A stretch of DNA of 64,000 nucleotides from an uncultured Candidatus Berkelbacteria bacterium. GTDB taxonomy: Bacteria; Patescibacteriota; UBA1384; XYA2-FULL-43-10; CAINNR01. Position 1 is the first letter of the stretch. Each line of letters opens with the position of its first letter. Made by a program: the position numbers and the translations under genes. Shown here in pieces: positions 48,644-57,947 of this stretch. The stretch spans positions 13,210 through 77,209 of the forward strand of contig CAINNR010000030.1 in assembly GCA_903851235.1 (NCBI GenBank), read 5' to 3'. The notes below the pieces were generated by a model, which saw only the letters and a program-made list of their open reading frames with translations, searched no databases and was not told where the DNA came from.

Positions 48644-49903
48644 ATGTCAATATCAAAGGAACAATTGCAGAATTTACCTACCGGGCCGGGTATTTATCAA
48701 TTCTATGATAACTCTGGCGGGATTTTGTATATCGGTAAAGCGAAAAATTTGCGCAATCGTGTCAAGTCATATTTTCAAAAGTCAGAGGATTTGCAGGAAA
48801 CCCGATCGGAAGCGATTTTTCAAATGGTTGGGTTAGCCAATCAAATTAAAATTGTCGAAACTGATTCGGAAATTGAAGCGGTTTTTTTGGAAGCCGAGTT
48901 GATCAACAAAATTAAACCGAAATATAATTCAAGACAAAAAGATGATAAAAGTTTTCAGGTTATTGAAATCTCAAAAGATGAAATTCCCAGAGTTGAACTT
49001 CGTCGGACGAGAAATGTAGACTTGAAAAATAAAAACTTCTACTATTTTGGACCGTATCCATCCGGCGATATTGTAAAACGAGCGCTGCGAATTTTACGAA
49101 AAATTTTCCCGTTTGCAAATTGTTCGCAAACAAAATATCGCCGAGCTGAAAAAATATCCAAAGCTTGCCTCTACGGTGACATAAATTTATGTTTGGCGCC
49201 GTGTGAAAAATCATCAATCCCAGAATGTAAAAAACAGGTCAGCTATTTAAAAGATTTTTTATCCGGCAAAAAACAAAAGATTATTCAATCGCTGTCCAAA
49301 GAAATGACTGATTTAAGCCGAAGGAAAAAGTATGAAGAGGCGTCTGTTATTCGCGATAAATTATTTGCTTTGGAACATCTAAACCGATTTTCTGTCGGGC
49401 TAAAAGATAGTTTTGATGATTTTAGAACTGGTTCGATTTTCGCCAGAATTGAGGCCTATGATATTTCAAATATTGGCGGAGAATTTTCTGTTGGCGCAAT
49501 GACGGTGGTTTCTTTAGGAAAAATTGACAAAAGCGACTACAAAAAATTCAGAATAAAAACTGTTAGTGGCGCCAACGATATTGCTATGATGGTCGAGGTA
49601 ATCAGACGGCGATTTTCTAATAATTGGCCTCGACCGAACCTGATTGTCATTGATGGTGGCGTGACACATTTGAAATCAGTTAATTTTGAACTCCAAAAAT
49701 TAAAAATTAGTATTCCGACAATTGCAATCGCCAAGGGTCCAAATCGAGATAAGGATGAATTTCATTTCACTTCGCCGGAAATTGGAAAATACTTCCAAAA
49801 AAACCCCGAGTTAAAAAATTTTGCCATTATCGCTCGCGATGAAGCCCATCGATTTTCGCAGAACTATTATCGCAAATTGCACCGGAAAAATTTGTTGAAA
49901 TAA
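48644..49903 (+). CDS. uvrC: excinuclease ABC subunit C, short form lacking the C-terminal (HhH)2 domain
   Basis: GIY-YIG domain (GIYQFYD...ILYIGKAKNLRNRVKSY), UVR motif (KKYEEASVIRDKLFALEHL) and endonuclease domain ending at 419 aa. Confidence 0.8.
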   Translation: MSISKEQLQNLPTGPGIYQFYDNSGGILYIGKAKNLRNRVKSYFQKSEDLQETRSEAIFQMVGLANQIKIVETDSEIEAVFLEAELINKIKPKYNSRQKDDKSFQVIEISKDEIPRVELRRTRNVDLKNKNFYYFGPYPSGDIVKRALRILRKIFPFANCSQTKYRRAEKISKACLYGDINLCLAPCEKSSIPECKKQVSYLKDFLSGKKQKIIQSLSKEMTDLSRRKKYEEASVIRDKLFALEHLNRFSVGLKDSFDDFRTGSIFARIEAYDISNIGGEFSVGAMTVVSLGKIDKSDYKKFRIKTVSGANDIAMMVEVIRRRFSNNWPRPNLIVIDGGVTHLKSVNFELQKLKISIPTIAIAKGPNRDKDEFHFTSPEIGKYFQKNPELKNFAIIARDEAHRFSQNYYRKLHRKNLLK

Positions 49904-49907
49904 AAAA

Positions 49908-49931
49908 CCCGCCTAAGTTGGTGGGTTGAAG
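49908..49931 (-). terminator. hairpin AACCCGCCtaagttGGTGGGTT with T-run on the minus side; overlaps the last codons of the 49913-50539 gene
   Basis: Stem contains one G-U pair. A-run on plus at 49904-49909 reads as a T-run on minus. Confidence 0.4.
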
Positions 49932-50539
49932 TTTGAAGCCGTGTCCGGCACCGGTTTTGGTGACGGAGATAGGATTTTTTTGATCATCGATTTGACTAAA
50001 CTCCGCAAAGTCAGCGGATCTTTTGGTGACTGGTTCAGACAGAACCATGGCCAGAGATATACCGGCATCGCGATTCTTAGGATGTTGACCACAAACAGTT
50101 GATGCGGAAGAAGGAGTAACAGGAGACTCATGGTCCAAAAAACTAAAAACTGAAACAATCTGTACCCTCGGTTGACAATCAGCGGATTATTACTAAGTAT
50201 GTTACCTTCTCTGTAACAATGACTGGCCGGGAATAGAGCCATAAAACCGATAAAGATCCCAAAAATGGCAGACTTTGTGAAGTCTTTAAGTTCTGGGGCA
50301 AAATTAAGGGCTTGAAATGAGACGAAAATCCATATGACAATCAAATTCCAGCGATCGATTCCAAAAAATGCGGCGATTCGGATCAACCAACCGGCGATTT
50401 TCAGCAACAAGTTATCTATCCGCCCTGCCAACGGAACCACTCCTCTCGAGCGAGTTCGGATTCGCAATGTCATGTTATCATCAATTGCAAAAAACATCAA
50501 TGAATGCGGGCAGATCTTTCGCTTCGCTTCTTCGGACAA
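49913..50539 (-). CDS. hypothetical polytopic membrane protein (start uncertain)
   Basis: About four hydrophobic helices. No convincing RBS at any candidate start. No family recognised. Confidence 0.4.
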   Translation of the reverse strand: MSEEAKRKICPHSLMFFAIDDNMTLRIRTRSRGVVPLAGRIDNLLLKIAGWLIRIAAFFGIDRWNLIVIWIFVSFQALNFAPELKDFTKSAIFGIFIGFMALFPASHCYREGNILSNNPLIVNRGYRLFQFLVFWTMSLLLLLLPHQLFVVNILRIAMPVYLWPWFCLNQSPKDPLTLRSLVKSMIKKILSPSPKPVPDTASNFNPPT

Positions 50540-50721
50540 AGTTATATGGATGTTGTCAGGATGACGTTACAATCAGTAAATCCCACGACTAGATCGGGGA
50601 TGACGCAATCATATATCAGCCAATAATCATAAACCATCTAGCGCTACTTGCCAACATGATCTATAATAGTAGTATAGAGAAACGACGAATTATATTAAAC
50701 AAGAATTAGGAAGGAGAAAAT

Positions 50722-50988
50722 ATGAAAGAGGAAAAGGAAAAGGGAAAATTGGTTGGTGTTATCAGTCACTTTTTTCCCCACGTTTCGGCGGCGGTTTTGA
50801 AGGTAAAAACTCCAATCAAAATTGGCGACAGAATCAAAGTTGTCGCACCGATTGGCGAGGAATTTGAACAGGAAATTTCCTCGATGCAAATTGATCGCAC
50901 CGAGATTCAGTCGGCAAAAGCCGGTGACGAAATCGGCTTGAAAGTTGATCAAAAAGTTCATGAAGGCTGCAAGGTTTATTTGCAATAA
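50722..50988 (+). CDS. small beta-barrel protein, translation-factor domain-2-like (88 aa)
   Basis: AAGGAG RBS. KLVGVISHFFPHVSAAVLKV...GDRIKVV pattern. Tentative call. Confidence 0.45.
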   Translation: MKEEKEKGKLVGVISHFFPHVSAAVLKVKTPIKIGDRIKVVAPIGEEFEQEISSMQIDRTEIQSAKAGDEIGLKVDQKVHEGCKVYLQ

Positions 50989-51121
50989 ATTTACCAAGTG
51001 ATCTTGTAGGCAATAGCCAAACAATATCCAAATTTCAATAATCAAATATTTGGAATTTGGCTGTTAAAATTTGTTTGTATCTTGTTTCTTGATTATACTA
51101 GCGAAGCGGGAGGGCAGAATT

Positions 51122-51865
51122 ATGCGTCGACCATTGATAATTGGAAATTGGAAAATGAACACCAACATCTCAGATGCTGTTGTTTTGGCGACAGTCATTC
51201 GCGATGGAGTTGAAGATATTTCAAATGTCGAAATTGTTATCTGCCCGCCGGCAATTTGGTTAACAGAGGTTTCAGAGATTATTCACAAAAATATCGGCCA
51301 TCTTGGACTCGGAGCGCAAAATATCCACTACCTGACTGATGGCAGTTATACCGGCGAAGTTTCTGCAACAATGGTTCGCGATGTTGCAAAATATGTCATT
51401 ATCGGACATTCGGAGCGAAGAAATAGTTTTGCCGAAACAAATGGAATTGTTGCGCGAAAAGTGGCGGCGGCGCTTGATGCCGGGCTAGTTCCGATTGTTT
51501 GTGTCGGGGAGAAGAAAAAGAGCGAGAAATCGGCGGTTGAAATTGTCAAGCAACTCAAGGAGTCATTGGTTGGTATAAACAAAAATGAACTTGAACAAAT
51601 TGTTGTTGCCTATGAGCCGGTCTGGGCTGTCGGCGCCGACGAGCCGGCAACGCCGGAATATTCTGCGCAGATTATCAACCAACTGCGAGCAATTGTTTCG
51701 CCTCAGACGCCGATTATCTATGGCGGCGACGTGAGCTCCGGCAATATCTACAGTTTTATGCAACGGCCGGAAATTGACGGCGTGCTTGTTGGACGTGAGA
51801 GTTTGAATGGGCAAAATTTTATCAAACTTTGCCGGATTGTGGCGGAGTATAAGAAAATAATTTAA
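51122..51865 (+). CDS. tpiA: triosephosphate isomerase
   Basis: GNWKMN, IGHSERR and AYEPVWAVG. GGAGGG RBS before ATG at 51122. Confidence 0.9.
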   Translation: MRRPLIIGNWKMNTNISDAVVLATVIRDGVEDISNVEIVICPPAIWLTEVSEIIHKNIGHLGLGAQNIHYLTDGSYTGEVSATMVRDVAKYVIIGHSERRNSFAETNGIVARKVAAALDAGLVPIVCVGEKKKSEKSAVEIVKQLKESLVGINKNELEQIVVAYEPVWAVGADEPATPEYSAQIINQLRAIVSPQTPIIYGGDVSSGNIYSFMQRPEIDGVLVGRESLNGQNFIKLCRIVAEYKKII

Positions 51866-51895
51866 AATTCCGGCAGAGCCGGTTGGAGGGTTTTT

Positions 51896-52891
51896 ATGAC
51901 AAAAGTTGCAATCAATGGCTTTGGTCGGATTGGTCGAGCGGCGGCAAAAATAATATTGGACTCAGAGGATCTGGAGCTTGTTGCCATTAACGATCTTACC
52001 GATCCAGAAACTTTGTTATTTTTGTTGACCCACGACACATCTTACGGATTATTTGACAAAAAAATCACTTTTTCAGACAAGGAAGTTACCATCGATGATA
52101 AAAAAGTTTACTTTTTTGCCGAAAAAGAGCCGGCAAAACTGCCGTGGGAAGCGCTTGGTATTGATGTTGTAATAGAGTCAACTGGAGTTTTTTTAACCAC
52201 CGCCGATTGCCGCGACCACATTCGGGCAGGAGCAAAAAAAGTTGTAATTTCGGCGCCGGCCAAAGATGAGGAGACGCCAACATATCTTATCGGTGTCAAT
52301 ATGGACACATATCACGGCGAAGACATTGTCTCTAACGCTTCTTGCACCACCAATTGTATTGCGCCGGTGATCAAAGTTTTGAACGATAATTTTGGTGTTA
52401 AACAATCATTATTTACCACCGTTCACTCATACACTGCCGACCAGAACTTGGTTGACGGTCCGCACAAGGATTTGCGCCGGGCGCGGGCGGCGGCTTGTAA
52501 CATCGTGCCGACAACAACCGGCGCGGCGAAAACCGTGACCAAAATTATCAAAGAGTTAGATAAAAAATTTGACGGTTTAGCAATTCGAGTTCCGACACCG
52601 GTGGTTTCTTTATCGGACATTGTGGCGGTCACCGACCGACCGACTTCAATAGAAGAAATTAACAAAGCTTTTGAATCAGCGGCAGAATCAGAAATGCGGG
52701 AAATATTAACCGTGACAAATGAGCCGATCGTTTCCTCCGACTTAATTGGTAATTCGGCGTCATCAATCGTTGACATGAGTTTAACCAATGTCGTTGGCGG
52801 CAATTTAATCAAAGTTATTGCTTGGTATGACAATGAATGGGGATATTCCTGCCGCTTGGTTGAAATGGCAAAATTGATTGCAGAAAAATAA
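51896..52891 (+). CDS. gap: glyceraldehyde-3-phosphate dehydrogenase
   Basis: INGFGRIGR and ASCTTNCIAP. Confidence 0.95.
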   Translation: MTKVAINGFGRIGRAAAKIILDSEDLELVAINDLTDPETLLFLLTHDTSYGLFDKKITFSDKEVTIDDKKVYFFAEKEPAKLPWEALGIDVVIESTGVFLTTADCRDHIRAGAKKVVISAPAKDEETPTYLIGVNMDTYHGEDIVSNASCTTNCIAPVIKVLNDNFGVKQSLFTTVHSYTADQNLVDGPHKDLRRARAAACNIVPTTTGAAKTVTKIIKELDKKFDGLAIRVPTPVVSLSDIVAVTDRPTSIEEINKAFESAAESEMREILTVTNEPIVSSDLIGNSASSIVDMSLTNVVGGNLIKVIAWYDNEWGYSCRLVEMAKLIAEK

Positions 52892-53715
52892 ATGGATAAA
52901 AAACAGATTGCAATTTTTGAAGGCAAAAAAATCCGTCGTCACTGGGACGAAAAATCTGAGCAGTGGTTTTTTTCAGTAGTAGATATTATTGCTGTTCTTA
53001 TTGATCAAATGGATTTTCAGTTAGCTAGAAAATATTGGAACAAGCTGGCAGAAAGACTTCGCAAAGAAGGAAGTCAGTCGGTGACAAATTGTCACCGACT
53101 GAAATTGCAAGCATCAGACCGCAAATTTTATCAAACTGATGTTGCTAGTACGGAAACTATCTTCCGCATTATTCAATCGGTTCCGTCAAAAAAAGCTGAA
53201 CCAATAAAATTATGGCTAGCACGTGTTGGCAATGAACGAATAGAAGAAATTCAGAATCCAGAAAAAGCGTTAGATCGGTCAAGAGAATATTGGCAAAGAA
53301 TGGGTCGAAGCCAAAAATGGATTCAGCGGCGAATGATGGGGCAGGAAGTTAGAAATAAATTAACCGATTATTGGGCTGATCACGAAGTAAAAAAACAAGA
53401 TGAATATGCGATTCTGACAAATATAATCCATGCAGAGTGGACTGACTTGTTAGTAAAGCAACACAAAGAATTAAAAAATTTAAAGGCTGAAAATTTGCGC
53501 GATTATATGACGATGCAGAGTTAATTTTTACCGCTTTGGCCGAACTTTCTACTCGCCAAATCGCAGAAGGAATGGATAGTACAGGTCTTGAGGAAAATAA
53601 AATTCTAGCGGAAAAAAGTGGGCGAATCGCTAAAAGTGCCAGAATGGAATTGGAGCAAAAATCAGGTAAAAAGATTGTAAGTAGCGAGAGTTTCAATTTA
53701 CTCAGTAAGAAATAA
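52892..53715 (+). pseudogene. Bro-N / DinD-like anti-repressor family gene with a 1-nt frameshift near 53510-53515
   Basis: N-terminal Bro-N-like region (IAIFEGKKIRRHWDEKSEQWFFSVVDIIAVL). The reading frame ends at 53524 but continues in the +2 frame to 53715 with no start or RBS (ELIFTALAELSTRQ...GKKIVSSESF). Restoring one base in ATGACGATGCAGAG would join the two parts. Confidence 0.5.
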
Positions 53716-53727
53716 CTGCGAGTAATT

Positions 53728-54063
53728 ATGGAAATAGGACGTTTTAATCCAGAAGCGAAAATTAGTGATCCCAAGGCCAGATATCTTGGAATGCTGACTG
53801 AGATGATTGGTTGGAGCGACGAAATTCCGGCTGAAGATATCCACAATGGAAATTATAAAGTTAGAAAAAATTGGTGGGTGACAATTCGAAATATTACATA
53901 TTTGATATTACGTAATTGTATAATTTCAGATGAATCTAAACGACAAATTAGTAATTTCAATGACAAGTTTAGTTCAGAAGAATTTAATGGTAGGTACACA
54001 ACCAAAGAAGATATCGCTGAAGGAAATGAATTCGTTGATTTTTTGATCAGAGAATTGCAATAA
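53728..54063 (+). CDS. hypothetical protein (111 aa)
   Basis: ORF between the Bro-N pseudogene and hydB. No family recognised. Confidence 0.4.
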   Translation: MEIGRFNPEAKISDPKARYLGMLTEMIGWSDEIPAEDIHNGNYKVRKNWWVTIRNITYLILRNCIISDESKRQISNFNDKFSSEEFNGRYTTKEDIAEGNEFVDFLIRELQ

Positions 54064-54074
54064 AACAAAAAATT

Positions 54075-55073
54075 ATGGAAATAATTTCAGCACTAAAAGA
54101 ATCAAACTTAATCGGTCTTGGTGGAGCCGGATTTCCGACTTGGCAAAAATGGCGAGCAGTCAAGGAGTCACTAGGGGCCAAGCGGTTCGTTATTTGTAAT
54201 TTGTCAGAAGGTGAGCCGGGCGTTTTTAAGGATGAATATATTTTGCAAAATCATTTACTTGAACTCGTTGGTGGCATTGTTTTGGCCAAAGAAACTGTTA
54301 GCGCCGGGCGAGCATATATCTTTCTCAATGATAAATATCGGAAGTATCTGCCAAAGATCAACCGAGCGGTAAAAGGGAAAAAAATTGAGATTTTTATCGA
54401 TACCGGCCGTTATCTTTGCGGCGAAGAAACAACGCTGTTGCAAACTATTGAGGGGAAGTTGCGCCAACCACGTTCAAAACCGCCATACCCGACAACCTCC
54501 GGATTATATGGATATCCAACTTTGATAAATAACGCCGAAACGCTCTACCGAGCCTACTTGATTTCTCAAGGTGGTAGTGATTTAAAACGATTTTATTCAA
54601 TTTCCGGCGATGTTGTTAGCAAGCGAATTGTCGAAGAAAAAATTGGTGCAAAAATTCGCGAAGTGATTCCGGCGCGGTTTCTGGATCAGATAAATTTTGT
54701 CAGAGTTAGCGGTCCATCGGGTTTTTTCGCCAAGCCGGAGGATTTTGAACAGATAGTCTCCGGAACCGGTGCAGTGGAAATTTACGGCAAAAAGCGGAAG
54801 ATCCTTGAAGGTCTCATCGATTCAATCACATTTCTTAAAAATGAATCTTGCGGAAAGTGCACGCCTTGTCGCGAGGGAACGTACCGAATTGCCGAACTGC
54901 TGAACAAATTGATCGCGACTTCAAGTTTATGGGACCGGAAGGAGATAATTGAACTGATTTCCGAAATCGCCCAAACTGCTGCTGTCACGAGTTTCTGTCC
55001 GCTAGGGGCATCAATTGCTCGGCCGGTGACAACGGCCATTGATAATTTTAAACAGGAGATTTTGGGTGAATAA
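54075..55073 (+). CDS. NuoF-like NADH-binding flavoprotein subunit of [FeFe]-hydrogenase (HydB-like)
   Basis: GLGGAGFPTWQKW; FMN/NADH motifs SEGEPGVFKD; 4Fe-4S CGKCTPCREG. Confidence 0.8.
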   Translation: MEIISALKESNLIGLGGAGFPTWQKWRAVKESLGAKRFVICNLSEGEPGVFKDEYILQNHLLELVGGIVLAKETVSAGRAYIFLNDKYRKYLPKINRAVKGKKIEIFIDTGRYLCGEETTLLQTIEGKLRQPRSKPPYPTTSGLYGYPTLINNAETLYRAYLISQGGSDLKRFYSISGDVVSKRIVEEKIGAKIREVIPARFLDQINFVRVSGPSGFFAKPEDFEQIVSGTGAVEIYGKKRKILEGLIDSITFLKNESCGKCTPCREGTYRIAELLNKLIATSSLWDRKEIIELISEIAQTAAVTSFCPLGASIARPVTTAIDNFKQEILGE

Positions 55074-56817
55074 AACTTTTGAGATAAAAATCAATGGTAA
55101 AAAATATAAAGCATCGTCAGATGACACGATCTTATCTGTAGCAAAGAAAAATTCACTGGAAATTCCGACGCTTTGCCACCACCCGGATTTGGCACCAAAT
55201 GCCAGCTGCCGATTGTGTTTGGTGGAAATCAAGAAAGCCCAAAAGTCTGATGTTGTCACATCATGTAACACTTTTGTTTCCGAAGAGATGGAAATTAAAC
55301 TTGATACGCCGAAAGTTAAGTCAGCTAGAAAAATAAATCTGGAGATGCTTTTATCCGATCACATCAAAAAATGTGGCGAGTGTAACTGGCAGGACAATTG
55401 TGAATTAAAAAAATTAGCTCATGAATTCGGCATCAAAGAATCACGATTTCCCGAACGTCGCCGGCGATATAAAATTGACAGTAAAACCCCATCGATTCTC
55501 TGGGATTCGGCTAAGTGTATTGAATGCGGAAATTGCGCCTCCTCATGCAGCGAGATTGCCGGGCTTTCAAATATCGGAAGCAAATATCGCGGTCACTCAA
55601 TAATTTTTGGGCCCAAAGGTGGCAAAAGTTTTTCCCAGACCGATTGTGTTTTTTGCGGTCAATGCATTTTGCGTTGTCCTTCCGGATCTTTGCAGGAGAA
55701 ATCGGAAATTGATGGTGTCGAAAAACTATTATCAAACAAAAAAAATCAAATTTTAGTTGCCGAGTTTGCGCCGTCAACTCGCTATTCAATCGGCGAACTG
55801 TTCGGAATCCCACCAGGGAAAAATTTGGAATTAAAACTGGTTTCGGCCCTTAAAGAATTGGGTTTCGATTATGTTTTTGACATCAATTTTGGTGCCGATA
55901 TCACAACTGTCGAAGAAGCGGCTGAATTGATCGAACGGTTGCAAGTGAAAAATGATCAGCCGATGTTTACTGCTTGTTGCCCGGCCTGGGTTCGCTATGT
56001 CGAAACCTTCCACCACGATTTGATTCCGAACTTGACGACAACCAAATCTCCGGCCCACTGTTTGGCGCCGGTGGTAAAATCATATTTTGCAAAAAAAATT
56101 AACACCCGGCCATCAAAAATAAAAATCGTTGAGATTATGCCTTGTGTGGCAAAAAAATACGAGGCAAAACTGCCGGAAATGCGTCTGGGACACCGTCTTG
56201 AAGTTGATTTCGCCTTAACCGTTCGAGAAGCAGCGAAAATTTTAAAAAATAAAAAAATTGATTTACCGAATTTAGCGGATGGTCAATTCGATTCACCTCT
56301 GGCCGAATACTCCGGAGCGGCGGCGATTTACGGTTCCTCTGGTGGAGTAATGGAATCGGCACTCCGAACAGTCGTCGCCAAACTTTGTAATTGTGATCTG
56401 CCAAAATTGGAATTTAGGGACGTTCGCGGAATGGAAGGAATTAAAGAAGCTTCGGTAGATATTGATGGCGAAATTTTGGAAGTTGCAGTCGTTTCCGGCT
56501 TGAAAAATGCCGGAAAATTACTGGCTGATATGAAATCCGGCATTAAACGATATGATTATGTTGAAGTTATGGCTTGCCCCGGCGGCTGTCTCGGCGGTGG
56601 CGGCCAACCGATTCCGACAACGCCGGAAATCAGAGCAAAAAGAAGCGCGGCATATTATAGCGATGATGCCGAGAAAAAAATCAGGCGGGCGCATGAAAAC
56701 CAAGATATTATCAAAATGTACTCAGGCTTGGATACCAAACCGCTTGGACCGAAAGCTTTGAAACTATTTCATCGAAAATTCAAAATCAGGCAGCCAAAAT
56801 TAAAGGGCAAAAAATGA
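55066..56817 (+). CDS. hydA: [FeFe]-hydrogenase catalytic subunit HydA (N-terminal 2Fe-2S plus 4Fe-4S ferredoxin domains, then H-cluster domain); GTG start overlapping the hydB stop
   Basis: H-cluster signatures L1 TACCPAW, L2 MPCVAKKYE and L3 EVMACPGGCLGGGGQP. Ferredoxin-type Cys clusters. AGGAG RBS 7 nt before GTG. Confidence 0.9.
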   Translation: MNKTFEIKINGKKYKASSDDTILSVAKKNSLEIPTLCHHPDLAPNASCRLCLVEIKKAQKSDVVTSCNTFVSEEMEIKLDTPKVKSARKINLEMLLSDHIKKCGECNWQDNCELKKLAHEFGIKESRFPERRRRYKIDSKTPSILWDSAKCIECGNCASSCSEIAGLSNIGSKYRGHSIIFGPKGGKSFSQTDCVFCGQCILRCPSGSLQEKSEIDGVEKLLSNKKNQILVAEFAPSTRYSIGELFGIPPGKNLELKLVSALKELGFDYVFDINFGADITTVEEAAELIERLQVKNDQPMFTACCPAWVRYVETFHHDLIPNLTTTKSPAHCLAPVVKSYFAKKINTRPSKIKIVEIMPCVAKKYEAKLPEMRLGHRLEVDFALTVREAAKILKNKKIDLPNLADGQFDSPLAEYSGAAAIYGSSGGVMESALRTVVAKLCNCDLPKLEFRDVRGMEGIKEASVDIDGEILEVAVVSGLKNAGKLLADMKSGIKRYDYVEVMACPGGCLGGGGQPIPTTPEIRAKRSAAYYSDDAEKKIRRAHENQDIIKMYSGLDTKPLGPKALKLFHRKFKIRQPKLKGKK

Positions 56818-56886
56818 TGCACAATATTAAAGATGCGGAAATTGAAAACAAAACGTTTTTTCTTCAGATTGGCCGGAGTTATGCTT

Positions 56887-57945
56887 ATGAAAAACAATGA
56901 ACAGATTGCAAAACAAAATACATTTACAGAATTTTTACTTTATACGACGCCGAATGGCAGGGTGAAAGTTGAGATATTTTTGCGTGATGAAAATGTTTGG
57001 TTAACACAAGATAAAATTGCTCTTTTGTTCGGTGTTCAAAGGCCGGCAATTACCAAGCATTTGAAAACCATCTTTGAAAGCGGAGAATTAGATGAAAAAA
57101 TGGTTAGTTCCATTTTGGAACATACCACGCAACATGGTGCTTTGGAGGGGAAAACACAAACTCAATCGGTAAAATTTTATAACCTTGATGCGATTCTTTC
57201 CATTGGATATCGAGTAAATAGCGTCCAAGCTACACAATTCCGTATTTGGGCGACGGAAAGATTGAAAGAATATATTATCAAGGGTTTTTCAATGGATGAT
57301 GAACGGCTGAAGGATCCTCGCTATATTTTTGGTAAGGATTATTTTGAGGAGCAATTGGCTAGAATCAGAGATATCCGTTCCAGTGAACGAAGATTTTATC
57401 AGAAAATAACCGATATTTATTCACAATGTAGCGCCGATTATGATCCAAATGAAGAAATTACAAAACAATTTTTTGCCACTGTCCAAAATAAACTTCATTT
57501 TGCTATCAGCGGTCAAACCGCGGCGGAAATTATTTATCAAAGAGCCGGCAGTAAAAAACCGAACATGGGTTTGACTACATGGAAAAATGCGCCCAGAGGG
57601 GCAATTCGAAAAACTGACATCGTCATTGCCAAGAACTATCTTGACGAAAAAGAGCTGGATGGATTAAACAGAATTGTCACAATGTATCTTGATTATGCTG
57701 AAATGCAAGCGCGAAACGGCAAATTGATGCAGATGAAAGATTGGGTGAAAAAATTGGATGCATTTTTGCAGTTTAATGAAAAAGATCTTTTGCAGAGAAA
57801 TGGTAAAATTAGTCATGAAGTCTCGTTGGCTTTGGCTAAATCTGAATATGAAAAATATCGGATTGTTCAAGATAAAAATTATATTTCTGATTTTGACCGT
57901 GAAGTCAAAAAGTTTTTAGATTTTGATAAAAAAAAGAAAGAATAA
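56887..57945 (+). CDS. RhuM-family protein (start 56833, 56881 or 56887)
   Basis: FLLYTTPNGRVKVEIFLRDENVWLTQDKIALLFGVQRPAITKHLKTIF is the RhuM-type N-terminal region. Confidence 0.7.
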   Translation: MKNNEQIAKQNTFTEFLLYTTPNGRVKVEIFLRDENVWLTQDKIALLFGVQRPAITKHLKTIFESGELDEKMVSSILEHTTQHGALEGKTQTQSVKFYNLDAILSIGYRVNSVQATQFRIWATERLKEYIIKGFSMDDERLKDPRYIFGKDYFEEQLARIRDIRSSERRFYQKITDIYSQCSADYDPNEEITKQFFATVQNKLHFAISGQTAAEIIYQRAGSKKPNMGLTTWKNAPRGAIRKTDIVIAKNYLDEKELDGLNRIVTMYLDYAEMQARNGKLMQMKDWVKKLDAFLQFNEKDLLQRNGKISHEVSLALAKSEYEKYRIVQDKNYISDFDREVKKFLDFDKKKKE

Positions 57946-57947
57946 AT

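Noticed and set aside
52086-52926. Minus-strand ORFs inside gap
   Set aside because: They are antisense artefacts within gap.
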